A stretch of 17,308 nt of DNA. Source: an uncultured Deinococcales bacterium. GTDB lineage: Bacteria; Deinococcota; Deinococci; Deinococcales; JAAFIG01. Shown in pieces: positions 1 through 8,599 of this stretch (within the stretch, counting starts at the first letter, position 1; each line of letters opens with the position of its first letter). The stretch spans positions 1-17,308 of the forward strand of contig CAXTTL010000092.1 in the NCBI GenBank assembly GCA_964247135.1, read 5' to 3'. A program made the translations under genes and the position numbers. The notes under the pieces are model-generated. The model was not told the origin of the DNA. It did not search any database and saw only the letters and a list, made by a program, of their open reading frames with translations.

Positions 1-690
1 AGCCCCCGATAACTCGAGAAGGCGCCGAATCACAGGATAGGATTCAAGCCTCAGCGATTTTGAATTGCGCACACCGCTCGAGAGTTCGGTGTTCCAACGG
101 TCCAGCGTCAAAACATCGTTTAAAGCCCGACAAAACGGGATCAGATCACCGACCACGCCCACCTCATAATCTGCCGCCTGGGCATAACTTGAGATCAAAG
201 CCACCAGCGCCTCGCTCGAGATTCGTTCGACATCGGCGGACAGCACGGCAATGTCGAGCCAAGGCAAGCCGACACAGACCGAATTCCAATTTCGCAACGC
301 GCATCGACCATTGACAAAACCCGCATTCTCGAGGCGACAATTTCCATGCACCACGCTCGAGAACAACCCTGACAGCGGTTCGGCAAGTTCTGCGATCATC
401 ACCCCAGCCTGCTCGAGAAGTTCGGTTTGAGCGACTGTGACCTGGTACTCGCCGCGCTCCGCCAGACTTGCCACTTCAGCCAAAACATATGGCGTCGCGC
501 GAGAAAACCATACCGCATCGCGCAGCTCGAGATCAGCAAAAGATTTGCCCTTAAACTCGAGGTGAAACGCCCCCAACGCGGTTCCAAACCTCGAGAAATC
601 ATCCAGACTCGAGTTAGCCTCGAGCGCCACAAAATCGGGTTCGAGCGCATTTGCGTAAAATGGGTGAAACTCGAGAAATTCGTTTATCAC
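1..690 (-). CDS. APH/phosphotransferase-like protein with degenerate catalytic motifs (runs off the window start; not in ORF track)
   Basis: Manual translation from GTG at 690 stays open to position 1 (MINEFLEFHPFY...FGTALGAFH...SVVHGNCRLENAGFVNGRCALRNWNSVCVGLPWLDIA...RRLLELSGA). Spacing matches the APH-family pattern LARLH ... HGDxxxxN ... IDW ... GxPxxDLA. An in-frame TAG at 706-708 bounds it upstream. Confidence 0.7.
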   Translation of the reverse strand, partial: MINEFLEFHPFYANALEPDFVALEANSSLDDFSRFGTALGAFHLEFKGKSFADLELRDAVWFSRATPYVLAEVASLAERGEYQVTVAQTELLEQAGVMIAELAEPLSGLFSSVVHGNCRLENAGFVNGRCALRNWNSVCVGLPWLDIAVLSADVERISSEALVALISSYAQAADYEVGVVGDLIPFCRALNDVLTLDRWNTELSSGVRNSKSLRLESYPVIRRLLELSGA

Positions 691-753
691 ATCGTGTACC
701 TGAATCTATGCTTGGGTTCGTTGCCAAAATTGAAACTTCTTGAAGTCATTGCC

Positions 754-1263
754 TTAATTTTGATCGGATAAGGCTCGCTCGATAATGACTTCATCAACGT
801 ATTTTCCATCGATTTTGGCATGGTTTTTGGCAATTCCAACTTGCGTAAATCCCTGCCCGAAATAAGCCTTCAAACCAGCAACATTATCGGCGCGAACATA
901 CGCGAAAAGTTTTTCAAACCCCTTGCTTCTGGCAGCTTGAAATGTCGCATGGAACAGGATTTTCCCCACGCCTTGCTGCTGGAAATTGATGCCAACAAAA
1001 GTACCAATAATGCCGACATGGTCAAAACTCGAGGTGTAAGCACCAAAAGGTTCAACGGTCTGAAACCCTGCAATCTTGCCTGCGCTTGTGACCGCAACGT
1101 TAAAAACACCTCGTTTGGGAAACTGGGTGATAAATTCACGTTCTTCTTGTTCGGTAAATTTCTTCGTGAACACAGAATTCGCTCGAGCTTCGATGATCGG
1201 GTTTAAAACGTCAATGATGCCGTTCGCATCTTCAACAGTGGCTTCCCGAACAAAAACATTCAT
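754..1263 (-). CDS. GNAT family N-acetyltransferase (YncA/phosphinothricin acetyltransferase-like)
   Basis: 169 aa. N-terminal VREATVED, acetyl-CoA motif A QQQGVGK, and C-terminal N...GF..VG...KIDGKYVDEVIIER. Overlaps the gcvPB stop codon. Confidence 0.9.
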   Translation of the reverse strand: MNVFVREATVEDANGIIDVLNPIIEARANSVFTKKFTEQEEREFITQFPKRGVFNVAVTSAGKIAGFQTVEPFGAYTSSFDHVGIIGTFVGINFQQQGVGKILFHATFQAARSKGFEKLFAYVRADNVAGLKAYFGQGFTQVGIAKNHAKIDGKYVDEVIIERALSDQN

Positions 1264-2777
1264 ACACTCTTGAGTTTCTTAAAACTCAAGACGGGTTTTT
1301 TGGCAGCCATCACCTCATCCAAACGTCGAACTGGCGTGTTGTACGGCGCGTGCTCGAGCCAGTCGGGATTGTCAGTGGCTCTGCGTAAAATCTCGCCCAA
1401 AACGTTGGCGTAATTGTCCAGCGTCTCGAGGCTTTCGGTTTCGGTCGGTTCCATCATCATGGCTTCTGGTACAACCAACGGAAAGTACACGGTCATCGGA
1501 TGAACGCCATAATCGAGCAAACCCTTGGCAACATCCAGCGTGTGAAGCTCGAGTTTCTCGCCGTCATGACCTATTTTTGGCGGCACCGCCACAAACTCGT
1601 GCATGTTCAGGCGGTCGTAGGCAATCGTGTAGCCTTGCTGTTGTACTTTCTTACGCAAGTAATTTGCGTTCAAGACCGCCATGCTCGAGACATCGTGCAA
1701 ACCCTCTGCGCCCAGGCTGCGAATGTAGGTGTAAGCCCGCACCAGGTTGCCAAAATTTCCGTAATGGCTGCGAACCCGACCGATGGTGTTTGGACGGTCA
1801 AAATCGAGGTTGAAGGTTTCGCCCGTTTTGACAATCACTGGCGTTGGCAAAAACGGCTCGAGGTGTGCTTTCACGCCGACAGGACCCGTTCCAGGACCGC
1901 CGCCGCCGTGCGGCACGGTGAAGGTTTTGTGCAAATTTAAATGGATCACGTCAAAGCCCATATCGCCTGGACGGGCGCGTCCGACAATCGCGTTGGTGTT
2001 CGCGCCGTCGTAATACAGTTGCACCCCAAATTCATGGGCGGCTTTGGCAATCTCGAGAATTCTGGTTTCAAAAATACCCAGGGTGTTCGGGTTGGTCAAC
2101 ATGATCGCGGCAACGTGATTTCCCAGCGCGGCTTTCAGCGCGTCAAAATCCACCTCGCCGCGCTCATTGCCAGGAATCTCGACCACTTCAAAACCCGCCA
2201 TCGCCGCCGTGGCTGGGTTCGTGCCGTGCGCCGCATCTGGGCAGATAACAACCCGCCTTTGCTCGAGTTCACCTCTCAAAGCAAAGTATTTGCGGATCAT
2301 CAAAATGCCCGTGAACTCGCCGTGCGCCCCTGCGGCGGGTTGCAACGTCACCGCGTCCATGCCCGTGATCTGTCCAAGGCTGCTGGCGAGGTTGTGGAGC
2401 AACTCGAGCGCCCCCTGCGCCGTGCTGGGGTCCTGGTACGGGTGCAAATCCGTGAACCAAGGTGCAACGGTTTCATGCACTTTGGGATTGTATTTCATGG
2501 TGCAACTGCCGAGCGGGTAAAAATTCGCATCGACGCTCATCTGACGGTTCGCCAAACCCGTGTAATGCCGTACCAGATCGAGTTCCGAAACCTCGGGCAG
2601 TTTTGGCGGACTCGAGCGCAAGTTCTCTGCGCCGAACAAATCCTCGAGATTCACGTTTTGGGCAAGCTTGGCTTGTGGCGGAATCACGCCGCGCCGTCCT
2701 GGTTTGGAGCGTTCAAAAATCAACGGAAAATCTGCATCTTCAAGACTGGCTTTGGGTTTCTCGAGCGTTAAGGTCAT
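1260..2777 (-). CDS. gcvPB: Glycine dehydrogenase (decarboxylating) subunit 2
   Basis: 505 aa with YPLGSCTMKYNP, LQPAAGAHGE, AHGTNPATA and the PLP-lysine motif HLNLHKTFTVPHGGGGPG. Confidence 0.97.
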   Translation of the reverse strand: MTLTLEKPKASLEDADFPLIFERSKPGRRGVIPPQAKLAQNVNLEDLFGAENLRSSPPKLPEVSELDLVRHYTGLANRQMSVDANFYPLGSCTMKYNPKVHETVAPWFTDLHPYQDPSTAQGALELLHNLASSLGQITGMDAVTLQPAAGAHGEFTGILMIRKYFALRGELEQRRVVICPDAAHGTNPATAAMAGFEVVEIPGNERGEVDFDALKAALGNHVAAIMLTNPNTLGIFETRILEIAKAAHEFGVQLYYDGANTNAIVGRARPGDMGFDVIHLNLHKTFTVPHGGGGPGTGPVGVKAHLEPFLPTPVIVKTGETFNLDFDRPNTIGRVRSHYGNFGNLVRAYTYIRSLGAEGLHDVSSMAVLNANYLRKKVQQQGYTIAYDRLNMHEFVAVPPKIGHDGEKLELHTLDVAKGLLDYGVHPMTVYFPLVVPEAMMMEPTETESLETLDNYANVLGEILRRATDNPDWLEHAPYNTPVRRLDEVMAAKKPVLSFKKLKSV

Positions 2778-4090
2778 GCCAGCACTTCCTTTAAAGCGGC
2801 AACAAGTTTTTCAATGTCTTCAACGGTGTTGAGTTCGGTGGCGCTGAACAATCCAGCCTTTCCAAAACCGTACTCGAGCGGCACAGGAACGCAGGCATGA
2901 ACACCCAATTGTGCAAGTCCTGCCCGAACTTCGGTTGCAGGCTTGGAAAGCTTGACCGCAAACTCATTAAAAAACTTGCCAACCGTCAAGACCTCGAGTC
3001 CAAATTCTCGCAATGCCTGCTCGAGTTCGCCCGCCATGACCGCGCTGGCAATCGCCACCTCGCGCAAGCCGTTTGGTCCAAGGCTCGCCAGGTAAATTGA
3101 GCTTTGCAACGCCATCAGCGCGTGGTTGCTGCAAATGTTGGATTTGGCTTTTGCCCGTCTGATGTGTTGCTCCCTGGCTTGCAAGGTCAGCACGAAGCCG
3201 CGTTTGCCGTCCACGTCCTTGGTTGCCCCGACAATGCGCCCAGGCAATTGCCGCATCAAGGCTTCACGCACGGCAATAAAGCCGTAACTCGGACCACCAA
3301 AATTGGCGGCGTTACCAATCGTTTGACCGTCGCCCACCGCAATATCCGCACCGTATTCGCCAGGAGATTTCAGCACCGCCAAACTTAGGGGGTCAACCAC
3401 CGCGATAAACAAGGCTCCAGCCTCATGCGCCGCCTTCGCCAGCGCCATCATGTCCTCCAGTGAGCCTAAAAAGTTTGGGCTTTGCACAATCACCGCGCCA
3501 ATATCAGATTCAACACTCGAGATTGGAGTTCGCGTGCCGTCCAACTCGAGCGTCAATAACTTGGCGTCAACGCATTCCAGAAAAGTTTGCAAGGTTTCTC
3601 GAGACTCTGGATGCACGCCCTTTGAGATCAAGACTTTATTGCGGTTCGTTTGCCTGAGCGCCAAAAGTGCCGCCTCAGCCACCGCCGTCGCACCGTCGTA
3701 CAAACTCGAGTTGGAAACATCCAAACCAGTCAGTTCCACGATCATGCTTTGATACTCGAACATCGCTTGCAGTTCGCCCTGCGCGACTTCGGGTTGATAC
3801 GGCGTGTACGCCGTGACGAACGCCGATTGAAAGGTCAGGGCATCGACCGCGCTCGGTTGAAAATGCCGCGCCATTCCACCGCCCAAGAAATTCGCGCCAT
3901 TGGTATTGTTCTTGTCCGCCAACGCCTTCATGTGCTGGGTGATGCCGTACTCGTCCAAACCAGCGGGAATATCAATCTTTGGGTTGCGAATCCCTTCAGG
4001 TAAATCGGTGAACAATTCATCGACGCTCGAGACGCCAATGACCGCCAGCGCCCGAGAGATGTCTTCAGGTGTATGGGGTGTATATTTCAT
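2774..4090 (-). CDS. gcvPA: Glycine dehydrogenase (decarboxylating) subunit 1
   Basis: 438 aa with TAYTPYQPEVAQG, NSSLYDGATAVAEA and LTLQAREQHIRRAKAKSNICSN. ATGA overlaps with both neighbours. Confidence 0.97.
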   Translation of the reverse strand: MKYTPHTPEDISRALAVIGVSSVDELFTDLPEGIRNPKIDIPAGLDEYGITQHMKALADKNNTNGANFLGGGMARHFQPSAVDALTFQSAFVTAYTPYQPEVAQGELQAMFEYQSMIVELTGLDVSNSSLYDGATAVAEAALLALRQTNRNKVLISKGVHPESRETLQTFLECVDAKLLTLELDGTRTPISSVESDIGAVIVQSPNFLGSLEDMMALAKAAHEAGALFIAVVDPLSLAVLKSPGEYGADIAVGDGQTIGNAANFGGPSYGFIAVREALMRQLPGRIVGATKDVDGKRGFVLTLQAREQHIRRAKAKSNICSNHALMALQSSIYLASLGPNGLREVAIASAVMAGELEQALREFGLEVLTVGKFFNEFAVKLSKPATEVRAGLAQLGVHACVPVPLEYGFGKAGLFSATELNTVEDIEKLVAALKEVLA

Positions 4091-4467
4091 GACTCTAGTT
4101 CAGCCACTTCTTGATACGCGCCGGCATCGAGCAGACCTGTTGGCTGACTCGAGATTCTGACCTTAAACAAAAACCCATTTCCGTAAGGGTCGGCGTTGAT
4201 GTTTTCGGGTTCTTCGACCAAACTCGAGTTCACCTCAATCACCTCGCCCGAGATTGGGCTGTAAATGTCGCTGGCGGTCTTGACGCTCTCAACCACGGCG
4301 GCGTTGTCGCCCTGCTTTAAAATTTTACCGACGGCTGGAAGTTCGACAAACACCACATCGCCCAGTTGATCCTGGGCAAAATCGGTGATGCCAACGGTGG
4401 CGATGTCACCCTCGAGACGCAGGTATTCGTGGGTTTTGAGGTATTGCAGGTTGCTTGGAATGTTCAT
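4087..4467 (-). CDS. gcvH: Glycine cleavage system H protein
   Basis: 126 aa with GITDFAQDQLGDVVFVELP and the lipoyl-lysine motif VESVKTASDIYSP. GAGAGG RBS upstream. Confidence 0.98.
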   Translation of the reverse strand: MNIPSNLQYLKTHEYLRLEGDIATVGITDFAQDQLGDVVFVELPAVGKILKQGDNAAVVESVKTASDIYSPISGEVIEVNSSLVEEPENINADPYGNGFLFKVRISSQPTGLLDAGAYQEVAELES

Positions 4468-4471
4468 AATT

Positions 4472-4654
4472 TTACCTCTCTTTGGAATCTGATAGAGTTT
4501 TGAAAATGTGTTGATTAAAGAAACCTTTTCTGGATTCGATATTATGATCTGAGTTATAATATGCTTTGAGATTTGAAATTATATTCAATAAAAATGATAT
4601 AAAAATAAAAATTGCCAATCTTAAGAATTTATCAAACACGTTGGAGTCAAGCAT
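4472..4654 (-). CDS. Small AT-rich hypothetical protein with one hydrophobic segment (possibly a gene remnant)
   Basis: 60 aa with LAIFIFISFLLNII and an upstream GAGGA. Much lower GC than flanking genes and no recognisable family. Confidence 0.3.
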   Translation of the reverse strand: MLDSNVFDKFLRLAIFIFISFLLNIISNLKAYYNSDHNIESRKGFFNQHIFKTLSDSKER

Positions 4655-4745
4655 AAGTTAACCATCCTCAAAATGCGTATTGGCATTTTATTTAGCGTCA
4701 CTGATTAGAGTCATGCTAAGAAGCTCACTACAGACATTGGTCATC

Positions 4746-5321
4746 TCATGACCATTCAATCGTATCTTCTGGGAATGCCAAACAGGTTATGGTTTGCCCT
4801 GCTTTTACCGTAAAACTGTTGGCATAACGTTCCTGCTCAGGATTGCGGTATACCTCGAGTTGGTTGTTGGTCAAATTAACAATCCAATATTCTTCAATCC
4901 CATCTCGAGCATAAAGTGATTGCTTGAAATTTCGATCTTGATGAATCGAACTTTCAGCGACTTCGATAATCAAGTAAATATCTTCAGGTTGTGGAGAATG
5001 TTCGTCAGTCACTGAGCCAAGTTTAAACAAGGCAATGTCTGGTAGCGGTCGCCCGTCGCTGGGCAGTTCAATTGGACTTTGCGCAAACACTTCGGCTCGA
5101 GCGGCAAACTGATTGTTCATGCGGTCATAAATGCGTTTGATTCGGTTGGCATGGGCTTGTTTCATGTCTGGTAGCGAAACCAGATAACCATCAAGAAGTT
5201 CAACTCGAGCATCGTCTGGCAGCACATTGGATTCCAGCATGGTTCGGAATTGTGAAAGCGTGAACCGAAATAGGTGCATCGGCTCTGGTAAATTTGGTCG
5301 TGGCTCAAAAGATGCGGTCAT
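4746..5321 (-). CDS. Uma2 family (DUF820) putative PD-(D/E)xK endonuclease
   Basis: 191 aa with RVELLDG, PLPDIALFK and LIIEVAESSIHQDRNFKQSLYARDGIEEYWIVNL, the typical Uma2 signature. Confidence 0.9.
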   Translation of the reverse strand: MTASFEPRPNLPEPMHLFRFTLSQFRTMLESNVLPDDARVELLDGYLVSLPDMKQAHANRIKRIYDRMNNQFAARAEVFAQSPIELPSDGRPLPDIALFKLGSVTDEHSPQPEDIYLIIEVAESSIHQDRNFKQSLYARDGIEEYWIVNLTNNQLEVYRNPEQERYANSFTVKAGQTITCLAFPEDTIEWS

Positions 5322-5325
5322 GGTT

Positions 5326-6432
5326 TTACTTTAGCAAATGCCTTACTGCCCCTGGAGCGTTCCTCGAGATAAACACGGCTTCGACAATCTGAGCTGGCAC
5401 GTCTGCCCCGCGAATCTCGAGATCAACTTTTGTTCCCATTTCAAGATCAACATCGACATAGGCTAGTGCAATTCCAACTTTTAAACTGGGTGACATCGTA
5501 CCGCTGGTGCAATGTCCAACGACGTGCCCCGCCAATTTAACCGGGAAACCTTCGCGCGGAATGCCGCGTCCTGAGACTTGAATGCCGACCAAAGCTCTGG
5601 TTTTTGGGGCTGTCATCATGGCGTCGCGCCCATAAAATTCTTTGTATTCCTTAACTGCCCACTTGAAGGGTGTCTCGAGCGGGTTGGTGCTCTCCGACCA
5701 TTCGTGACCGTAAAGCGGGTAACCAGCCTCCAAACGCAGCGTGTCTCGGGCGCCCAAACCGCAAGGCTCGAATTGAAGCTCGAGCAATCTGGTCCACAAA
5801 TCGGGTGCGTTGATCGGCGCACAGAAAATCTCGAAACCGTCCTCGCCCGTGTAACCCGTGCGTGCCATGCGAACCGAGTAACCAAACAGCGTGGTGTCAA
5901 AGACCGAATTCTTCTTGCGGCTCGAGAGTGATTCGGTGCAGTGGTCCTCGAGCATGGTTTGGGTCTTTGGTCCTTGTACGGCGATCAATGCCCAGTCGTT
6001 GGATTGATTCTCGAGGGTCACCTCAAACGCCCTGGTTAAATTCGAGAGGTGATTGAAGTCTTTTTCGATGTTTGAAGCGTTGACCACCATCAAATAGCGG
6101 CTTTCGCTTAATCTGTAAACATAAATATCATCGACCAAACCGCCGTTTTTGTTGGGCAGCATGTTGTACTGGGCACGTCCTGGTTTTAACTTGGACACGT
6201 CATTCACAGTCACGTATTGCAAAAACCCGAGCGCCTGAACACCACTGATGATGAATTCACCCATGTGTGAAACGTCAAACATGCCGGCGCGTTCGCGCAC
6301 CGCCAAATGTTCTTGAATCACGCCAGCGTATTGCACAGGCATCTCCCAACCGCCAAAGGGCACCATTCGTGCTTTTAGCTCGAGATGCTTGTGATACAAG
6401 GGCGTGCGCAGCAGTTCCGAGTGTTCAATCAT
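5326..6432 (-). CDS. gcvT: Glycine cleavage system aminomethyltransferase T
   Basis: RTPLY...MVPFGGWEMPVQY, FDVSHMGE, RTGYTGEDGFE and GLGARDTLRLEAG. Start moved from TTG 6468 to ATG 6432 because a TATGCT -10 lies 6 nt upstream of it. Confidence 0.96.
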   Translation of the reverse strand: MIEHSELLRTPLYHKHLELKARMVPFGGWEMPVQYAGVIQEHLAVRERAGMFDVSHMGEFIISGVQALGFLQYVTVNDVSKLKPGRAQYNMLPNKNGGLVDDIYVYRLSESRYLMVVNASNIEKDFNHLSNLTRAFEVTLENQSNDWALIAVQGPKTQTMLEDHCTESLSSRKKNSVFDTTLFGYSVRMARTGYTGEDGFEIFCAPINAPDLWTRLLELQFEPCGLGARDTLRLEAGYPLYGHEWSESTNPLETPFKWAVKEYKEFYGRDAMMTAPKTRALVGIQVSGRGIPREGFPVKLAGHVVGHCTSGTMSPSLKVGIALAYVDVDLEMGTKVDLEIRGADVPAQIVEAVFISRNAPGAVRHLLK

Positions 6433-6438
6433 GGCTTC

Positions 6439-6444
6439 AGCATA
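6439..6444 (-). promoter_or_regulatory. Putative -10 element of a leaderless gcvT transcript
   Basis: Minus strand reads TATGCT-GAAGCC-ATG (TAnnnT, 6 nt, start codon) with no Shine-Dalgarno. Confidence 0.55.
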
Positions 6445-6462
6445 GGCTACCAGAAAGCCGGC

Positions 6463-6516
6463 TTGCAAAGATTGCGTTTAAAGCTCGAGATTTGCATTTG
6501 TGCGCAACATCATTGC
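6463..6516. promoter_or_regulatory. Putative Lrp/AsnC operator array between gcvT and the regulator
   Basis: GCAAAGATTGC (6465-6475) and GCAACATCATTGC (6504-6516). TTGC recurs at 6472, 6492 and 6513, about two helical turns apart. Confidence 0.45.
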
Positions 6517-6530
6517 TTGAATTTTTGATT

Positions 6531-6536
6531 TAGTAT
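6531..6536 (+). promoter_or_regulatory. Putative -10 element of a leaderless Lrp regulator transcript
   Basis: TAGTAT, then 6 nt, then ATG 6543, with no Shine-Dalgarno. Confidence 0.5.
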
Positions 6537-6542
6537 TGTTTT

Positions 6543-7013
6543 ATGGCGCAAATAGCCCTTGATCCCATCGACCTTCAGATTCTCGAGGTTTTGGGGCGTA
6601 ATGCCCGAATTCCCAACACCGAACTTGCCGACGAGGTCGGATTAACCCCTGCGCCGTGTTTGCGTCGGGTCAAACGGCTCGAGGATTTGGGCGTGATCGA
6701 AGGGTATGGCGTTCGGGTGAATCCCTCGAGCCTGGGGCTTGGCTTGACGGTTTTTGTGTCGGTCACGTTAGACCGTCAAACCAAAGGCAGCTATGACACT
6801 TTCGCGCAGAACATAATTGTCCACCCTGAAGTGTGCGAGTGCTATTTGATGCTTGGCGAACGCGATTTTCTACTTAAAGTCATGGTTTCAGACCTCGAGG
6901 CGTACCAGCGGTTTTACCTCAAACACCTGACCACGCTTGCAGGGGTGCGTCACATCAACTCGAGCATCGTGGTCAAAGTAGAAAAGCGCGAAATCGGTTT
7001 TACGGCGCATTAA
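6543..7013 (+). CDS. Lrp/AsnC family transcriptional regulator
   Basis: 156 aa with LDPIDLQILEVL..NARIPNTELADEVGLTPAPCLRRVKRLEDLGVIEGY and a C-terminal RAM domain (PEVCECYLMLGERDFLLKV). Divergent from gcvT. Confidence 0.95.
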   Translation: MAQIALDPIDLQILEVLGRNARIPNTELADEVGLTPAPCLRRVKRLEDLGVIEGYGVRVNPSSLGLGLTVFVSVTLDRQTKGSYDTFAQNIIVHPEVCECYLMLGERDFLLKVMVSDLEAYQRFYLKHLTTLAGVRHINSSIVVKVEKREIGFTAH

Positions 7014-7027
7014 TGACTTGTCTTTAA

Positions 7028-7738
7028 TTACTCGTCTTTGTCGCGCAGACCGTAAATTACACCCTCGAGCGCCTTGGGTTTAAGCAGTGAAATCAAACCT
7101 GGGCGGGTCGAAATGATATCGTCATTCTCGAGGTCTTTTAAAACCCTGGTGATGGTTTCCCTGGAATTTCCGGTGCGGTTTGCCAGGTCTTGGTGCGTGA
7201 ACTCCAGGGTTGGGTTTCCCTCTTTGCCCGTTTTGAATGCGCCGCGCAGGTACAAGCCTTGCAGGGCATAAGCCACGCAGGCTTGGGTGCTCGCAAAGGA
7301 CAGCATTTCGACCTCGCGGTTCATGTCGGCAAGGCGTTTTGCCATGATTTGTGCCAGATTCCAAAGCACTTGCGAGTGACGGTCCAAAATCCCGCGCAGC
7401 TCGTCGCGGTAAATGGCAAGCGTTGTCACGTTGTCGATGCAGTGCGCGGTGGCGCTGCGTGGCAACTGAGAAACCAGTGCCATCTCGCCGACCACTTCCG
7501 GCGGCGTCAAAATCGTAAAAATCCGTTCTCGACCTTCAAGGTTCTCTCGAGAAACCTTGACCCTACCCTCGACCAGCACGTAGACGGCTTCGCCTGGGTC
7601 ATCTTCTCGAAAAATAGGGTTTCCTTGGGCAAACTTGCGCACGCTGGCGGCTTCGAGCGCCATGCTGAGCGCCGCCTCCGGTGCACCGTGAAAAAGCGGA
7701 CTGGCGCTTAATGCAGCTTTGATTTCGATGTTGGTCAT
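7028..7738 (-). CDS. Crp/Fnr family transcriptional regulator
   Basis: 236 aa with a cNMP-binding domain (IFREDDPGEAVYVLVEGRVKV, GEMAL...PRSATA) and the HTH THQDLANRTGNSRETITRVL. Confidence 0.95.
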   Translation of the reverse strand: MTNIEIKAALSASPLFHGAPEAALSMALEAASVRKFAQGNPIFREDDPGEAVYVLVEGRVKVSRENLEGRERIFTILTPPEVVGEMALVSQLPRSATAHCIDNVTTLAIYRDELRGILDRHSQVLWNLAQIMAKRLADMNREVEMLSFASTQACVAYALQGLYLRGAFKTGKEGNPTLEFTHQDLANRTGNSRETITRVLKDLENDDIISTRPGLISLLKPKALEGVIYGLRDKDE

Positions 7739-7903
7739 GGTTAAAACCTCAAAAGGTGTGATGCGGTCGGTGAATGGGGTGGCACAACGCGTGGCTACAG
7801 CTTACACGTTTAGGCTGGTTTCAATTCAATATCAAGTCTGGTTTTGAACTGGTTTTAGCCCGACGGTTTGGATTGATACGGCGCATATGTTAGCCTTTTT
7901 GCT

Positions 7904-8599
7904 GTGAATCCAGCCAGCGAGGGTGCTTCTTTTATTTTGGCACTCGAGGTTTTAAACTTAAAGCATTCGTTTCAAACCGATGCGGGAACGCTCGAGGTGT
8001 TAAAGGGTTTGAGTTTTTCGCTTGCTGCCGGTCGGGTTTTAGCGATTGTCGGTCCAAGTGGTTCGGGCAAATCGACTTTGCTGCATTTGCTTGGCGGTTT
8101 GGAGACGCCAACGTCAGGCGAACTGGTTTGGGGAGGCGTCAGCCTGGCTGGGGCATCTCAGGAGGTCTTGGCTTCAAGGCGGGCGCTCGAGGTTGGATTT
8201 GTCTTTCAACACCATTATTTATTAGAGGATTTGACGGCGCTCGAGAATGTTGGATTGCCTGGTTTGATCGCTTCCAAGCCCAATGATGCCCGTGCCATGG
8301 AACTTTTGGAACGGGTCGGCTTGCAAGACCGCGCCAATTTTTTTCCTCGAGCCTTGTCTGGCGGCGAGCGACAACGGGCTGCCATCGCGCGGGCGCTTTT
8401 GACAAAACCCCGTTTAATTTTAGCCGACGAACCCACCGGCAGTTTGGATCGCGCCAATGCCGATTTGGTCTTTGGAATGCTGGTCGAATTGGCGCGACTC
8501 GAGAATACGGCGGTGGTGGTGGTGACGCACGATGAAAGTCTGGTCTCGCGGGTGGATGAAGTGATTCGACTCGAGGATGGTCGAATGGTCTCGGTTTGA
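7904..8599 (+). CDS. ABC transporter ATP-binding protein, LolD/MacB-type
   Basis: Walker A GPSGSGKST, VGFVFQHHYLL, LSGGERQR, Walker B ILADEPTGSLD and VVTHD. The start codon is uncertain. Confidence 0.9.
   Translation: MNPASEGASFILALEVLNLKHSFQTDAGTLEVLKGLSFSLAAGRVLAIVGPSGSGKSTLLHLLGGLETPTSGELVWGGVSLAGASQEVLASRRALEVGFVFQHHYLLEDLTALENVGLPGLIASKPNDARAMELLERVGLQDRANFFPRALSGGERQRAAIARALLTKPRLILADEPTGSLDRANADLVFGMLVELARLENTAVVVVTHDESLVSRVDEVIRLEDGRMVSV

Noticed and set aside
60-771. ORF-track ORFs 60-314, 195-386, 399-650 and 427-771
   Set aside because: No recognisable motifs. They are alternative frames or antisense to the longer minus-strand phosphotransferase-like frame at 1-690.
6433-6542. 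Glycine riboswitch upstream of gcvT
   Set aside because: The spacer is too short, no aptamer-like sequence is recognisable, and the -10 position implies a leaderless mRNA.
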